A stretch of 64,000 bases of DNA from Candidatus Bathyarchaeota archaeon (GCA_963768425.1 CAVYHV010000015.1:1-64000), one strand, 5' to 3'; counted from the first letter of the stretch, positions 44,099 to 55,364 are shown. Program-made: numbers and translations. The notes: a model not told the origin generated them from the letters alone.

Positions 44099-46819
44099 TT
44101 ACGGGTGTTTTCTTGTGACGAGGAGTGCGAGTACCGCGCCGATTACGATTATGATGATGGCAATTGCTATAATTCCGTATTCGACTGTGGCGTTTGACGC
44201 TAAACCTGTAGTTGGTGTTGATGTTGGTGCTGCTGTTGCTGCTGCGTTTTGTACAGGAATGGCGGTTTCTGCGCTTGAACCCCAGTAACCATTAGTGCCT
44301 GAGAAGGTTGCAGTAACAACGTATTTGCCTGGAATACTTGGAGGCGCCCACATGTAGCTGAATGCGCCTTTTGAATCAGTTGTTGCGGTGCCAAGAGTAA
44401 TGAAGTTGCCGTTCGGGTCTGTGGCAGTCAACGTTACTGTAACGCCTGTGAAATTAGTTGGTTCTGGCTGCTGCTGATAAACGTAGCCCATCCAAGCCTT
44501 CATGCTTGTTTCAGAGCAAACTGGGACTCCATATGGAAAGTCTGCTTTCTGTTCTGTTTGCTGTGTGCCAGCGGAAGTATCTATCACCGTGCCCTGAATA
44601 ATTACGCTGTTGCCTGCTGTGACAGTAGTCAGTGGCGCCTGTACAGTAGTAGCACTAGGTCCTCTGCCTACAACGTAGATTGAATTGTCATAACCGTTAA
44701 ACCATGTATTATAGCCATCAGCCATAGCATAGCTCATCTGCCCGAACTCGGCGGTTACGCCAGAAATAGTCCATATCTCCTGACCTGTAGTAGCGTTAAT
44801 AGCCCGTGCTTCCGCGCCCTTGTAAATCGGCGTTGTCCAAGTATGTGCACTGGTAACTGTGTAAACTATTCCGTTGCCAATAGCTTGCAGCTGGGTTGGA
44901 TAAACACCATAAGGATAGTTTAAGCCGGCGTTAGTACTGTTGCCTGCGCCGCCATTGCCATAAGTCCACAATAGCTTTCCAGTCAAATCGTTGTAGCAAT
45001 AGACTGTTCCTCCGTATGCGCTGCTGTAAAGATGACCATAAGCTACCGCGCCAGGTAATGTGCCTTCCGATGTACTGCCATAGTAATCAATAGCTTGTTG
45101 TGGTGGAGCCGTCCATAAATAGCTACCGTCAGTTAAGCTGTATCCAACCCATTGGACACCTTCTTTGTAATCCTGCATAAAGACGCGAGTGCTCCAATCG
45201 ACTGGGCCTTGCACGACTGTGTAGTTATTTGCTGGCGCTTGAAGTGTTTTCCACCATAGGACCGAACCGATTGCCCCCTTAGATGCGTTGAGGTTAACAA
45301 AGAAGTACGTGTAGGGAGCTGAGCTTACCCAACTGTAAAGCGCGTTTTGGCCGTTTGAAGGCATAGTACCGTTCATACAAAGTAACCCATCATTGTAGTT
45401 AGCTGAAACAACGATAAATGGCGCGGTCATGGTGTTGATATATGGTGTCGAAACGTTCCAGTCATAATAGCTTCCGCTGCCCCCATCAATTGTGCCCGTT
45501 GGGCCTCCCGGCGCTGGCCAAAGGTTCCATGCAAACAACAGAGATGAGTTCCACTCAGCAAGATTCCAATTTGGTTTCGCTGTTGTTCCTGCGTTTGCAA
45601 AGACATAGTCTAAGTAATTACCGTCTGGCCCCATTGCCCTTGCAGAGCCCTCAAGGAACGGACTAGGTGGACTTCCTAACTGTGCATTGGTGTATACGGG
45701 AATGTTAGTTACATTTAACAAAGACTGCCCTGTGTCACCGTCATAAATCAGCCAACTTGAACCAATTACAGCAACTATCATTGGCGGAGTAACTCCGTGC
45801 TCGTTCACTGTGTCAACTGATTGGACGTACCCAAATGATAAAGGCGGTATGTTAGAGTTGCTCCAAATTTGCTGTCCTGTCCGCAGGTCGACGCAAACAG
45901 TAGGTCCGTAAGCGAATGTAAATCCAAACGGTATGGTGTTCCAATAACCTGCACCTTCAAAGCCTACTGGTTCAGTATAGTAAATCATTCCATCCAGAAT
46001 TATCGGATTGTTGTATCTAATCAAATACGCAGATCCGTCGAAGTAAGTGTCCGCCGGAATGGCAACATTGTTTCCTCCAACTACTCCTCCAGATTGAAGC
46101 GACTTAGTCCACATAACATGGCTAGTTTGAGATCCTACAGCATCTCCAGGTGCAATCTGCATGAAGGTATTAGGTCCAGAGAGAGCATCCTGACCAGTAT
46201 TCATATAGCCGCCATAGTTTGGTGCACCGATACCTAGCCAGTTTGATGCAATCGTGTACCAGTTGGTGTTTTCGCCGTATATTGGTCGCGTCCAATAAGC
46301 GGTTGGAAGTGGGGCACCAGTCAAAACATTAGCTACGGGTGTGCTCGAAACAGTAACCGACGTTGATGCTGAAGCAGGTGCAAATGAATCGTTAGTGTAC
46401 GGGTCATCCGCTGTGATTGTTTCTCCCGGGTAAGAAAAGGTCAGGTTGTAAACGCCGAGTTGGTCAGGAACAAAGCTTGTGTGTTGATTTGAGGTTGTGT
46501 CGAAGACAGTAGGAAAATTCTGCGTTGTTACTGCACCATTAGGGGCGGTAATAGTAAGTTTATAGTTGTGGAATCTAAGGTTGTTACTTATCGATGCTCC
46601 GGGGTATGTATTGGTTAGCCACAGATAAACTGATATTGTCTGACCGACACCGTCTGGGTTAGGCGAAGCCCAAATGTATGCGTAGGTTGGAATTTGCCAT
46701 GCTGGCGTGTGTGCGTTAGCGTTTGGTATTATTATCAGTGAAGCTGTCATCAAAAATGTTAAAAGTACTGCAATAAAAACTGCCATTGTTTTACTTTTCA
46801 TTTTTTTCATTTTTTTCAC
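44099..46819 (-). CDS. Large secreted PQQ-like beta-propeller surface protein, paralog 1
   Basis: 906 aa; signal peptide, LPTAYWTRP, G..LW propeller repeats, Ig-like C-terminus, TM plus LVTRKHP. Confidence 0.88.
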   Translation of the reverse strand: MKKMKKMKSKTMAVFIAVLLTFLMTASLIIIPNANAHTPAWQIPTYAYIWASPNPDGVGQTISVYLWLTNTYPGASISNNLRFHNYKLTITAPNGAVTTQNFPTVFDTTSNQHTSFVPDQLGVYNLTFSYPGETITADDPYTNDSFAPASASTSVTVSSTPVANVLTGAPLPTAYWTRPIYGENTNWYTIASNWLGIGAPNYGGYMNTGQDALSGPNTFMQIAPGDAVGSQTSHVMWTKSLQSGGVVGGNNVAIPADTYFDGSAYLIRYNNPIILDGMIYYTEPVGFEGAGYWNTIPFGFTFAYGPTVCVDLRTGQQIWSNSNIPPLSFGYVQSVDTVNEHGVTPPMIVAVIGSSWLIYDGDTGQSLLNVTNIPVYTNAQLGSPPSPFLEGSARAMGPDGNYLDYVFANAGTTAKPNWNLAEWNSSLLFAWNLWPAPGGPTGTIDGGSGSYYDWNVSTPYINTMTAPFIVVSANYNDGLLCMNGTMPSNGQNALYSWVSSAPYTYFFVNLNASKGAIGSVLWWKTLQAPANNYTVVQGPVDWSTRVFMQDYKEGVQWVGYSLTDGSYLWTAPPQQAIDYYGSTSEGTLPGAVAYGHLYSSAYGGTVYCYNDLTGKLLWTYGNGGAGNSTNAGLNYPYGVYPTQLQAIGNGIVYTVTSAHTWTTPIYKGAEARAINATTGQEIWTISGVTAEFGQMSYAMADGYNTWFNGYDNSIYVVGRGPSATTVQAPLTTVTAGNSVIIQGTVIDTSAGTQQTEQKADFPYGVPVCSETSMKAWMGYVYQQQPEPTNFTGVTVTLTATDPNGNFITLGTATTDSKGAFSYMWAPPSIPGKYVVTATFSGTNGYWGSSAETAIPVQNAAATAAPTSTPTTGLASNATVEYGIIAIAIIIIVIGAVLALLVTRKHP

Positions 46820-46998
46820 TGAATTGCTTATTTATCGATCGCCTTATATGCCTTTGTTGTATAACGCAAAATAATGGACAAAACTCTTGAAATCCCACCT
46901 TTTGACTGAATATTTCACGTTTTTAGTTAATAAAGGAGAAGCATCACCAAAAAACGTCACAATTCAGTTTATGTAGCACCTCAGGTAACAGTGTTTGC

Positions 46999-47964
46999 AT
47001 GAAAGAGCTTGAGCAGATAGATATCAAGATTCTCAAAATGCTTCTCAAAGACGGTCGAAGAAGCTTTTTAGAAATAGCTACACAATGCCACACCTCAAAA
47101 AATGTCATCTGGGCACATTACAAAGAACTCAAGAAGGCAGGCATAATTGTTGGCGCGACTATTCAATTTAACTATCAAAAATTTGGCTACCATGGCTTAG
47201 CGACCATAATGATGAATGTAGAATCGCAAAATCTTGCAAATGTTTTCAGTCGCATTAGCGAAATCCCTGAGATGCATATGTTTCGCTACTATAATTCTGT
47301 CTATAATATCGCTGCAATCTCCACTCTGAAAAACATGAGTGATTTAGAACACGTGAAACAAGTCATAAACAAAAACAACAAAATAAATGAGTTCAAAACT
47401 TATCTTTGGGTCGATGTTCGAAACATACCTGAAAACATTTTGTCTGATCCTTCTGACCATCAAGATGATTATGTTTGCCCTCCAGTAAATAATCAAGAAA
47501 ATTTCCAAAAAATTGATGAAATCGACCTACAAATAATCGATGCGCTCACTTTAAATGGGCGCTTGCCATTCCGACAAATCGCTCAACAGATTGGGGCATC
47601 AACCACCACAATAACTAGAAGATACGAACGGCTTAAGAAAAATAATCTAATCAAGGTCTCGATTCAAATTAATGCGTTGAAATTGGGTTTCCAAAGCATT
47701 CTGGAAGTTAGCTTAGCATTAGCTGATCAAAATGAGATAAACGAAGTGGCAAACAAGCTATCTAGAATCGCAGGAGTATCATATCTTGTAAAAATAAGCG
47801 GAAATTATGACTTGTCAGTCGTTGTTTTAGTAAAGGACTGTAATAACGTGGTTAAAATTAATGACGCAATCTTACAAATACCGAACATCAAAAAGATGGA
47901 AGCAACATTAAGGACACTTCCCGCCACTTGGTCTGGGAAACGTCAATATATATCTACGTTTTGA
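46999..47964 (+). CDS. Tandem double Lrp/AsnC regulator
   Basis: Two HTH-AsnC units (IDIKILKMLLKDGR; IDLQIIDALTLNGR). Confidence 0.9.
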   Translation: MKELEQIDIKILKMLLKDGRRSFLEIATQCHTSKNVIWAHYKELKKAGIIVGATIQFNYQKFGYHGLATIMMNVESQNLANVFSRISEIPEMHMFRYYNSVYNIAAISTLKNMSDLEHVKQVINKNNKINEFKTYLWVDVRNIPENILSDPSDHQDDYVCPPVNNQENFQKIDEIDLQIIDALTLNGRLPFRQIAQQIGASTTTITRRYERLKKNNLIKVSIQINALKLGFQSILEVSLALADQNEINEVANKLSRIAGVSYLVKISGNYDLSVVVLVKDCNNVVKINDAILQIPNIKKMEATLRTLPATWSGKRQYISTF

Positions 47965-48277
47965 TAAATTGAAAAGGAATTGTCATTTTCTTGAATAAAA
48001 ACACTATTAATAGCAGATTATGGTTCGAATCCCTCCTCAGTGTGAACTTAATAAAAACAAGGAAAACAAATGATTTTTTTGAAAAAATTGGGGTTTGCTG
48101 AGGCTCTGGAAACTAAGGAAGAAATTTTCTTTTTTAAGGAGAAAAAGAAAATGAACATTCTTCAAGTGCAGCTATTTCGAACATGACCAGAGCCTTCTCA
48201 GCCATTTATCTTTTCATCTCTTCTTGTTTTTTGGGGACTAAAAAAAGGGAAAGGGAGTTGTGTTAAGCACTTTTAAT

Positions 48278-51200
48278 TTATGGATGTTTTCTTGTGACAA
48301 GGAGTGCTATTACTGCGATTCCCACGATTATGACGATGATGATTGCGATACCTACGTATTCGATTGTTGATTGGGTTGCAATTCCGGTAAGAGGTGTCGC
48401 TGTTGGTGCTGCTGTTGCTGCGGGAGAGCCGGCATAGACGAAAGTTTCAGCCGCCGATGAGTAGTAGCCATTAGTTCCTGCAAAAGTTGCAAATATAGTG
48501 TAGTTACCTGTTATGCTTGGAGTCCATGTTAATCTGTAGCTGCCGCTCTGATCAGTCGTGGCGTAACCTATGGGGTAGTGGTTTCCATTAGAGTCTAAAA
48601 CAGCCAATTGCACTTGAACACCTGTGAAGTTAGTTGGTTCAGCCTGATCCTGGTAGACGTAGCCCATCCATGATTGCATGCTTGCGTCAGATGCACATGG
48701 AACCCCGTGTGGAAAGTCTGCTGCCTGTTGACTTTGGGTCGTGCCAGATGATATGTCCATCACTGTGCCGGTGATCGTTACCGGTGTAGCTGTCGTCACT
48801 CCTAGGTTAGGTGCTGAAACAGTGGTAGCACTGGGGCCTCTGCCAATACTGTATATTTGGTTGACGTAGCCGTTCATGCAGGTTATGTATCCATCCGCCG
48901 TAGCCCATTGTGGAGCAGCACTGGAAGTCCACTCGCTCGGGTATTCTGAGAGTGCCCATATTTGTTGTCCTGTTGTGGCGTTAACAGCGGTTGCTTCAGC
49001 GCCTTTGTACAGCGGGTCAGGAATGGTGTGCTCATCAGTAGCCAAGTATACTACTCCGTTAGCAATGGATTGTATCTGGGTTGGGTAAACTCCGTATGGT
49101 GTGTTTAAGCCAGCATAAGTGCTGTTACCTTCACCACCGTTGCCCCAAGTATAGACTAGTTGTCCAGTTACGTCGTTGAAGCAGTAGAGTATTCCTCCGA
49201 ATCCATCGACATAGAGGTTCCCGTAAGCAACTACTCCTGGAGGGGGTTGCCCTGGGTCGTAATAGTAATTAAAGGCGGCTGCGGTTGGAGTTGTCCATAG
49301 TAGTTGGCCCGTGTTTAGACTGTATCCTTGGAATTGTATAGTTTCCAGCGAATAAAGTGTGAAGACGCCGGTTTGGAAGTCGACTGCACTCTGTAAGAGA
49401 GTGACGTTGCCTGCTGGCGGATTATACGTCTTCATCCACAGGATTGAACCGATTGCACCGACAGATGAGTTAAGGTTGACGGCGAAGTATGTGTAAGGAA
49501 GTTGCGGGTATCCTGCTTTAGTCGCGCCGAAACCAACGGGTAGAGAGCCGTTTCTGCAAAGCATTACATCGCCATATTTTACTGCGAGTATCGACACGGG
49601 GTTTGATCCAGTTGGCGGTTGCACTATTTGTCCTGTGACGGCGCTGGGTGTTGCAGGTGGCGGCGGCATGGTGTTAAGCCATGGTAGTGAAATGTTCCAG
49701 TCATAAGTTGTTAATGAGCCGGAATTGATGCTTTTTATGGGAGCAGTGGTTCCAGGTGCAGCGGCATTGGAGTTAAGAGGTATGTTTGCATTCACCGTAA
49801 TTGAGGAGCCGCGTGGAACGAATGTTGTAAGGCCAGTTTGGTAGATAACCCATTTCACCTACAGCTGGAATAGGGATCGTTGGAAGAAGGACTCCGTTGG
49901 ATGCATTTACTGGGTCTGGTGATAAACTTCCACCGCCGGTGTACGGATTAATGTCGTACTGCCAAAGTTTAGACATGTTCCATTCAGACATGTACCAATT
50001 TGGATTAGCAGCAGTGCCAATGTTGGTTATGACGTACTTTAATTCTTCACCGCTCGGACCCAAGATGTTATTGCTTACAACAGTATTCGGGAAGGCTACA
50101 ACGCTTGGGGGGGATGTAGCTATAGGTACGACGTATGAAGTGCTTGCGGGAAGATTAGTTACGTTGAACAGCGAGTCTCCTGTGTATGCATCATAAAGCT
50201 GCCACTGGCCTGTAATTGAGTTTGGTGAGACTAAGATTGGCGGGTAAACACCATGTTGGTCGGGGTCCCAGAGGCTGTAGATGTAGCCGAATGAAATTGG
50301 GGGTATGTTTGGGTTACTCCAGAGTTGTTGTCCTGTGCGGAGGTTAATTGCTACGGTGGGTCCGCTGCCGGGGCCAGTGAATGACGCTGGTTGTGTGTAG
50401 AATAGTACTCCGTCCATTATTATCGGATTGCTGAATCTTGGCTGATATGCAGATCCTTCGTAATAGGATGCTCCCTGAACAGCACCGCTGGGATTTGAGC
50501 CGCCGGCTGAAAACATGTTGCCTCCAACCACTCCTCCAAATTGAAGCGGCAAAGTCCACATAAGATGAGAAGTTAAAGGTCCTACGGCATCTGTATGATA
50601 CAGTGCTGCGTTTGCAGTGGCGCCATATCCTTCTGGCGGTCCCGAACCTGAGCCTAGCCAGTTTGACGAAAGTGGCCACCAGTTAGAGTCTGCACCGTAT
50701 ACTGGTTCTTGCCAGTAGCTTGTCGGTAGGGGTTCACTAGTTATAGCGCTGGAAATTGGTGCTGTTTGCACGGTGAGCGTTGTTGTTGCATTGCTAGGAA
50801 GATATGTATCGTTCACCATCGGTGATTGGGCGTAGCCGTTGCCATTTGCGCCGTACACTTGTCCTGGATAATAAAAGCTGAAAGTGTAGGTACCAACAGC
50901 GGTAGGAGTAAAGGATGTTTCCTGATTTGATGTTGTATCAGAGATGATTGGAAAAGTCGTTGTTGTTTTTGCCCCATCCGGTGCAGTTACGGTAAGCTGA
51001 TAGCCTAGGAATCTATAGTTGTTTGAAAGTAAGGCTGCGCTCGCTGTGTAACCGTTCGTTCCGACAGCGGCAGTTGTTCCACCGGGTGCTCCGTAAACTT
51101 CAGTAAGCCACATGTAAACGTTTATTGTTTGACCGACACCTATAGGATTAGGTTCGGCAACAATGTAGGCTTGTGTTGGAATTTGCCACACAGGTGTATG

Positions 51201-51299
51201 TGCGTTAACGCTTGGTATTATCATTAGTGAAGCTGTCATCGAAAATGTTAAAAGTACAGCAATAAGAATAGCCATTGTTTTGCTTTTCAGTTTTTTCAT
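48278..51299 (-). CDS. Large secreted PQQ-like beta-propeller surface protein, paralog 2, frameshifted near 49830
   Basis: N-terminus nearly identical to paralog 1; LPTSYWQEP; ends LVTRKHP. Confidence 0.88.
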
Positions 51300-51470
51300 T
51301 TTTTTCCCTGAATGGCTTATTTATCGATCTCCTTATATGCCTTTGGTGCCTAACGCGAAAAAATGGACAAAACTATAGAAATCCAGTCTTTTGACTGAAT
51401 ATTTCTCGTCTTTAGCTAAAAAATGGGAAGCATTATCAAAAAAACAGGATAATTCAGTTTATGTAGCACC

Positions 51471-51680
51471 ATCTCCAGCTTTATCCCACATCTCAAGCTT
51501 CTCATATTTCATTGCCGCCTCCTCATATCGCCCAGCTCTTTCAAGATTTCTGGCTTCTTCCATTATACATTCTCGTGGCGGAGGCGGAGGGACTGATAAA
51601 TCTGTTCAATCTTTTCTAAACTTTATACGGCAACGTGGACACCAAAAGACATCTGCGAAGGTATTGGTCGGATTTCGAAA
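51471..51680 (-). pseudogene. Truncated Zn-ribbon/TPR-like gene fragment
   Basis: FWCPRC...*...ARNLERAGRYEEAAMKYEKLEMWDKAG, cut off at the 51470 junction. Confidence 0.5.
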
Positions 51681-51829
51681 GACGAGCTTTTGTTAAAATC
51701 ATGGGGATATCTTGACGCCAGTTATTACCATTTAATTGAGCTGATTTTTGTGTAAATTATTCTGGTGTTCTATGGTAGAATTGAAATTTGCAAAAGACCT
51801 TTTAAGGTATATTTCGTAAGCTTGCCCAA

Positions 51830-52090
51830 ATGTTTCTTCAGGTTTTGGCTGCTGTAGTTCATAACCAATTTGAAGTCATTCACCCCTTCCAAGATGGCAA
51901 CGGGAGAGTCGGGCGACTATTGCTAAATAACATATTACTAAAACATAATCTGCCACCCTTAAACATCGAATTAAAAAATCGAGCCCAATACTTCGCCGCC
52001 CTACAAGCATACGAAAAAGAAAACAAAATACGCCCAACGTTGGAGCTCATGCTAAAAGAATACCATGCCCTCAAAAAAATCATCAAATAG
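51830..52090 (+). pseudogene. Fic-domain protein, C-terminal fragment
   Basis: HPFQDGNGRVGR catalytic motif; only 86 aa. Confidence 0.8.
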
Positions 52091-52267
52091 GTGACTACAA
52101 AAAACGGAAATGTAGTCACCCAGAATTCCTGGCGGCTGTTTGACGTGCAGAAAGTCGCTGGCCTGAATCTGGTCCGACCTACTCCCGCGTAGAAATGCTC
52201 CATTTGACTGTTTTTAAAGTATTTTGTTATTCTTGCTCCTTTAGCTCTTTGTGGTTTGAACCCGACA

Positions 52268-52397
52268 GAGGCTGTGTAAAAACTCAAATCGAGTTCAAAA
52301 AATTGCCTCAAATGTGCATTGAAATTTTTTTTAGGCCAGCATTATTTGCATGAAGCCAGCAATTTTCTGAGATCAAGAATAGTTTTTACATAGTCTG
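52268..52397. mobile_element. 130-bp IS1182-related MITE, copy 1
   Basis: TIRs GAGGCTGTGTAAAAACT / AGTTTTTACATAGTCTG; TSD GACA. Confidence 0.88.
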
Positions 52398-52453
52398 GAC
52401 ACGGGTCAAATCCCGCCCGACCCACTCCCAAGGCACACATTTAAGGTTCTAAC

Positions 52454-52491
52454 GACGGTTTAAACGACGGCTTCAAGTTAGCCCTCGGCAC
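52454..52491 (+). repeat. att-like site 2
   Basis: GACGGTTTAAACGACGGCTTCAAGTTAGCCCTCGGCAC. Confidence 0.88.
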
Positions 52492-52717
52492 ATTTTTGCT
52501 TATTTTCTGCTTGTTTCTTGGCAATTTCTTGTTTCTTCGCAAAGAAAGGAAAAAGTACATTCGCTTCGGCTGTTCAAACTCCCGGACCATAATGTGGTTT
52601 GAACTCTGCGGGGTTCAAAAACCAATCGAGACCCAAACCGCTTCAGGCTCGAATCCAATCATAAAATTCTCATCTTATTTGCCCTGATCCCTTGAGATAA
52701 ATAAACATGAAGAAACT

Positions 52718-53168
52718 TCACTTGGCTTCGTCTGAAAAGAGTTGCTTTCCTTTTTCTGTGATTTCGATGGCACCTACTTGCTTGAAAATATTAACGTTGT
52801 CAGTAACGTTCCAGTATTCTGCGAGTTTGCCATTAACTATACGATAGATGTCAACAGCCTCAGCTCTTATCTTCTTTCCAGTAGGACTTAGTCCCATAAA
52901 TTCGCCTTTTGTGGGTCCCAGTATAGGAAAGGCGAACCCACACCTTGTTCCCTTCAGCGATGATGTCTTCAATAGATTCATGCCAATCAGGAAATGCGTT
53001 AAGACCCATAATAAATAATTGTTTGAGACCTTCTCGACCGACATTCTTGGAGCGGTCGATATAATCTGGTGCCACAAAATCGTCTATTAATTTCAAATAG
53101 TCCACGTTTCGATTATTATAGGCTTCAATAAATCTGCGAACAATCGCTTTATTCTCTTCTAAAGACAA
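52718..53168 (-). CDS. SnoaL-like ester cyclase, frameshifted
   Basis: EENKAIVRRF, AFPDW, AEGNKVWVR, GTH.GEFMG, PTGK. Confidence 0.88.
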
Positions 53169-53333
53169 AAAATCACCAGTAAATTCTATTCTCTTTTTGA
53201 GATTTAAGCGTGTTGTGAAGTGCAAGTTTTAGACTTTAGGGCTTATCCACTTCTTTGCAGTCTATCAAAGACTCCAAGAGTAACCGTTTCCCAACGTCAT
53301 TTTTAGATACTTTTCTTGTCGCATTCAAATCTC

Positions 53334-54149
53334 TTAAGTAATATCAACACGTTTTGAAGACTCGGCACTATGATCAAGAAAAAGAGCTATTAAATTCAAT
53401 GTGTTGTCAGTTATCAGCTCGCGCGATAAACCACTTTTAATTCCCATTTGATTCAAAGTCGTTCGTCTTAATTCCATCTCAGAAAGCAGACCATTCATAA
53501 GCATAGTTACATATTGAACGATAATACTTTCTTTCATATCATTCTTTATTGTTTTATCTTTCTTGCCTTTTCTAACTGCTTTTGACCAAAACTCACCATT
53601 TCTCAACATCTGAATAAAGAATTCAATGAAATGGGGCTCTTCAAAATATTTCTCAAATTCAAAATCTTCTAATGGCGAGAGGTCTTCAGTCAACTTGTTC
53701 AGGGTAGACTGTCCTACTTTGTTGACGATAAGTTCAATTATGGATTCAGGCATTAAGTTCATGTTTTTAATGTGCTCAAAAGTGTCATTGGTGATCTTTA
53801 GTACTATTGGGTTGTCGATGCCATCTTTGAGTGTTTTTGCGCAAAGGAATAGAACCTGTTCTTTTCCGGATACGTCAGTTGGTAGAGTGGCAATCATGGT
53901 TTCATTGAGTTCTTTGAAGACTTTTTTTCCGACGGCAAAAAAAACATCGTTTTTGTTTTTAAAATAATTATATATTGTTGTGCGACTTACAAACGCTGCT
54001 TCGGCAATATCTTCTAGAAGGACCTCATTTATAGGTTTTTTAGAGTAAAATTTTTCCGCTACGGCGAGAATTTCTTCTTTTGTTCTCTCTTTCTTTCTGT
54101 CGCGCAATTGTTTTTTTTCTTTGGAGGCATTGTTTTGAGTTAGTTTCAT
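53334..54149 (-). CDS. TetR/AcrR family regulator
   Basis: EDIAEAAFVSRTTIYNYFKNK. Confidence 0.9.
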   Translation of the reverse strand: MKLTQNNASKEKKQLRDRKKERTKEEILAVAEKFYSKKPINEVLLEDIAEAAFVSRTTIYNYFKNKNDVFFAVGKKVFKELNETMIATLPTDVSGKEQVLFLCAKTLKDGIDNPIVLKITNDTFEHIKNMNLMPESIIELIVNKVGQSTLNKLTEDLSPLEDFEFEKYFEEPHFIEFFIQMLRNGEFWSKAVRKGKKDKTIKNDMKESIIVQYVTMLMNGLLSEMELRRTTLNQMGIKSGLSRELITDNTLNLIALFLDHSAESSKRVDIT

Positions 54150-54206
54150 GACGTGAAAACATAATTGGCATCGCTGTTTATAAATATTTTACAGCTAATA
54201 CATAAT

Positions 54207-54221
54207 TTTACACCGTGTAAA
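54207..54221. promoter_or_regulatory. Candidate TetR operator
   Basis: Palindrome TTTACAC-C-GTGTAAA between the divergent tetR and membrane-protein genes. Confidence 0.55.
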
Positions 54222-54258
54222 TATTTATATGCGACGTGTACTATAGTAATTAAATGTC

Positions 54259-54969
54259 GTGTTTTGTATGTCAACTGAAGAAGAAAATTTTTTGAGCAAA
54301 GAAAAGAGCGTTTTGCGATGGAGCGGTCTGGCTGGTATTCTGGCTGGAGTCTTTTTTATTTGCACCATCGTCACGCTAATTAATTTTGGGAATTCGACAA
54401 CAGCCAACGTTGCGGATTTGATCACAAAGTTTCCAGATCACAGAATGGACCTTGCGGTGGGAAATGTCTTCTACTTTTTGGTCAGCGTCTCGTTAGTTGG
54501 TCTCGCGCTTGGCCTGTATCAGGCTCTTCGAAGGGCGAGCATTGGACTCCCGCTCTTCGGGACTGTTCTATTCGTTCTAGGTCTAGGAGTAACCTTTATT
54601 GAAGATACTACGCAGATCGCTTTCGACCCGATCTCCAAACTCTATAATGCTGCCGCAGCGACCTCCACGGACAAAGCTACACTCACCCTCATATGGCAGG
54701 CAACACAGGGTATGTTCAATCAGTTTGACGTCGGAGCAACACTCCTCCTCTCCACAGGGTTAATCGTTCTTGGAGCAGCCATGATCAGGGTACCAGCTTT
54801 TGGCAAAATCTTCGGCGGGCTAAGTATTGCAATCGGAGCGGCTCAGATCGTAGGGATATCTTTCCTTTCAACCAATTCTGCCGCATACGCACCATTCGCC
54901 CTCCTAGCCTTCTTAATCTTCCCAGTCGTCTTCGGATGGAAACTCTACAGTCTATCAAGGAAGCCATAA
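54259..54969 (+). CDS. Multi-TM membrane protein (DUF4386-like)
   Basis: About 6 TM segments; RWSGLAGILAG start. Confidence 0.7.
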   Translation: MFCMSTEEENFLSKEKSVLRWSGLAGILAGVFFICTIVTLINFGNSTTANVADLITKFPDHRMDLAVGNVFYFLVSVSLVGLALGLYQALRRASIGLPLFGTVLFVLGLGVTFIEDTTQIAFDPISKLYNAAAATSTDKATLTLIWQATQGMFNQFDVGATLLLSTGLIVLGAAMIRVPAFGKIFGGLSIAIGAAQIVGISFLSTNSAAYAPFALLAFLIFPVVFGWKLYSLSRKP

Positions 54970-55151
54970 GAAATCTTGGAATTGTTCTTGGGGGACTCCT
55001 TTTACGGAGTCTTTCAACACAATAAACTGTGTTGGAATCCCAACGGGCCGCCATAAGAATTTTTTAAGAAGAATTGAGGATTCGCTTAGCGCGCGCTAAA
55101 GTGTTTTCAAACGCGCTTGACGCTTTTAGGCGATTGGACCTGACCCCATTT

Positions 55152-55281
55152 GAGACTGTGTAAAAACTATTTTTAATTTCAGAAAATTGCTGGTTTTATC
55201 TAAATAATGTTGGTTTAAAAAAGGATTCAAAACATATTTGAAGCAATTTTTTGGGCTTGATTTGAGTTTTTACACAGCCTG
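55152..55281. mobile_element. 130-bp IS1182-related MITE, copy 2 (inverted relative to copy 1)
   Basis: TIRs GAGACTGTGTAAAAACT / AGTTTTTACACAGCCTG; TSD ATTT; internal sequence aligns with the reverse complement of copy 1. Confidence 0.88.
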
Positions 55282-55326
55282 ATTTGGGGTCAAATCCCAC
55301 CGGACTCGCACCTTTAAAGTTCTAGC

Positions 55327-55364
55327 GACGGTTTAAACGACGGCTTCAAGCTTGCCCTCGGCAC
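55327..55364 (+). repeat. att-like site 3
   Basis: GACGGTTTAAACGACGGCTTCAAGCTTGCCCTCGGCAC. Confidence 0.88.

Noticed and set aside
52441-52590. Minus-strand ORF through att site 2 (MVREFE...VPRANLKPSFKP) as an SSV-type split integrase fragment
   Set aside because: The frame is closed by an early stop in the other two arm copies, and no integrase catalytic fragment was found.
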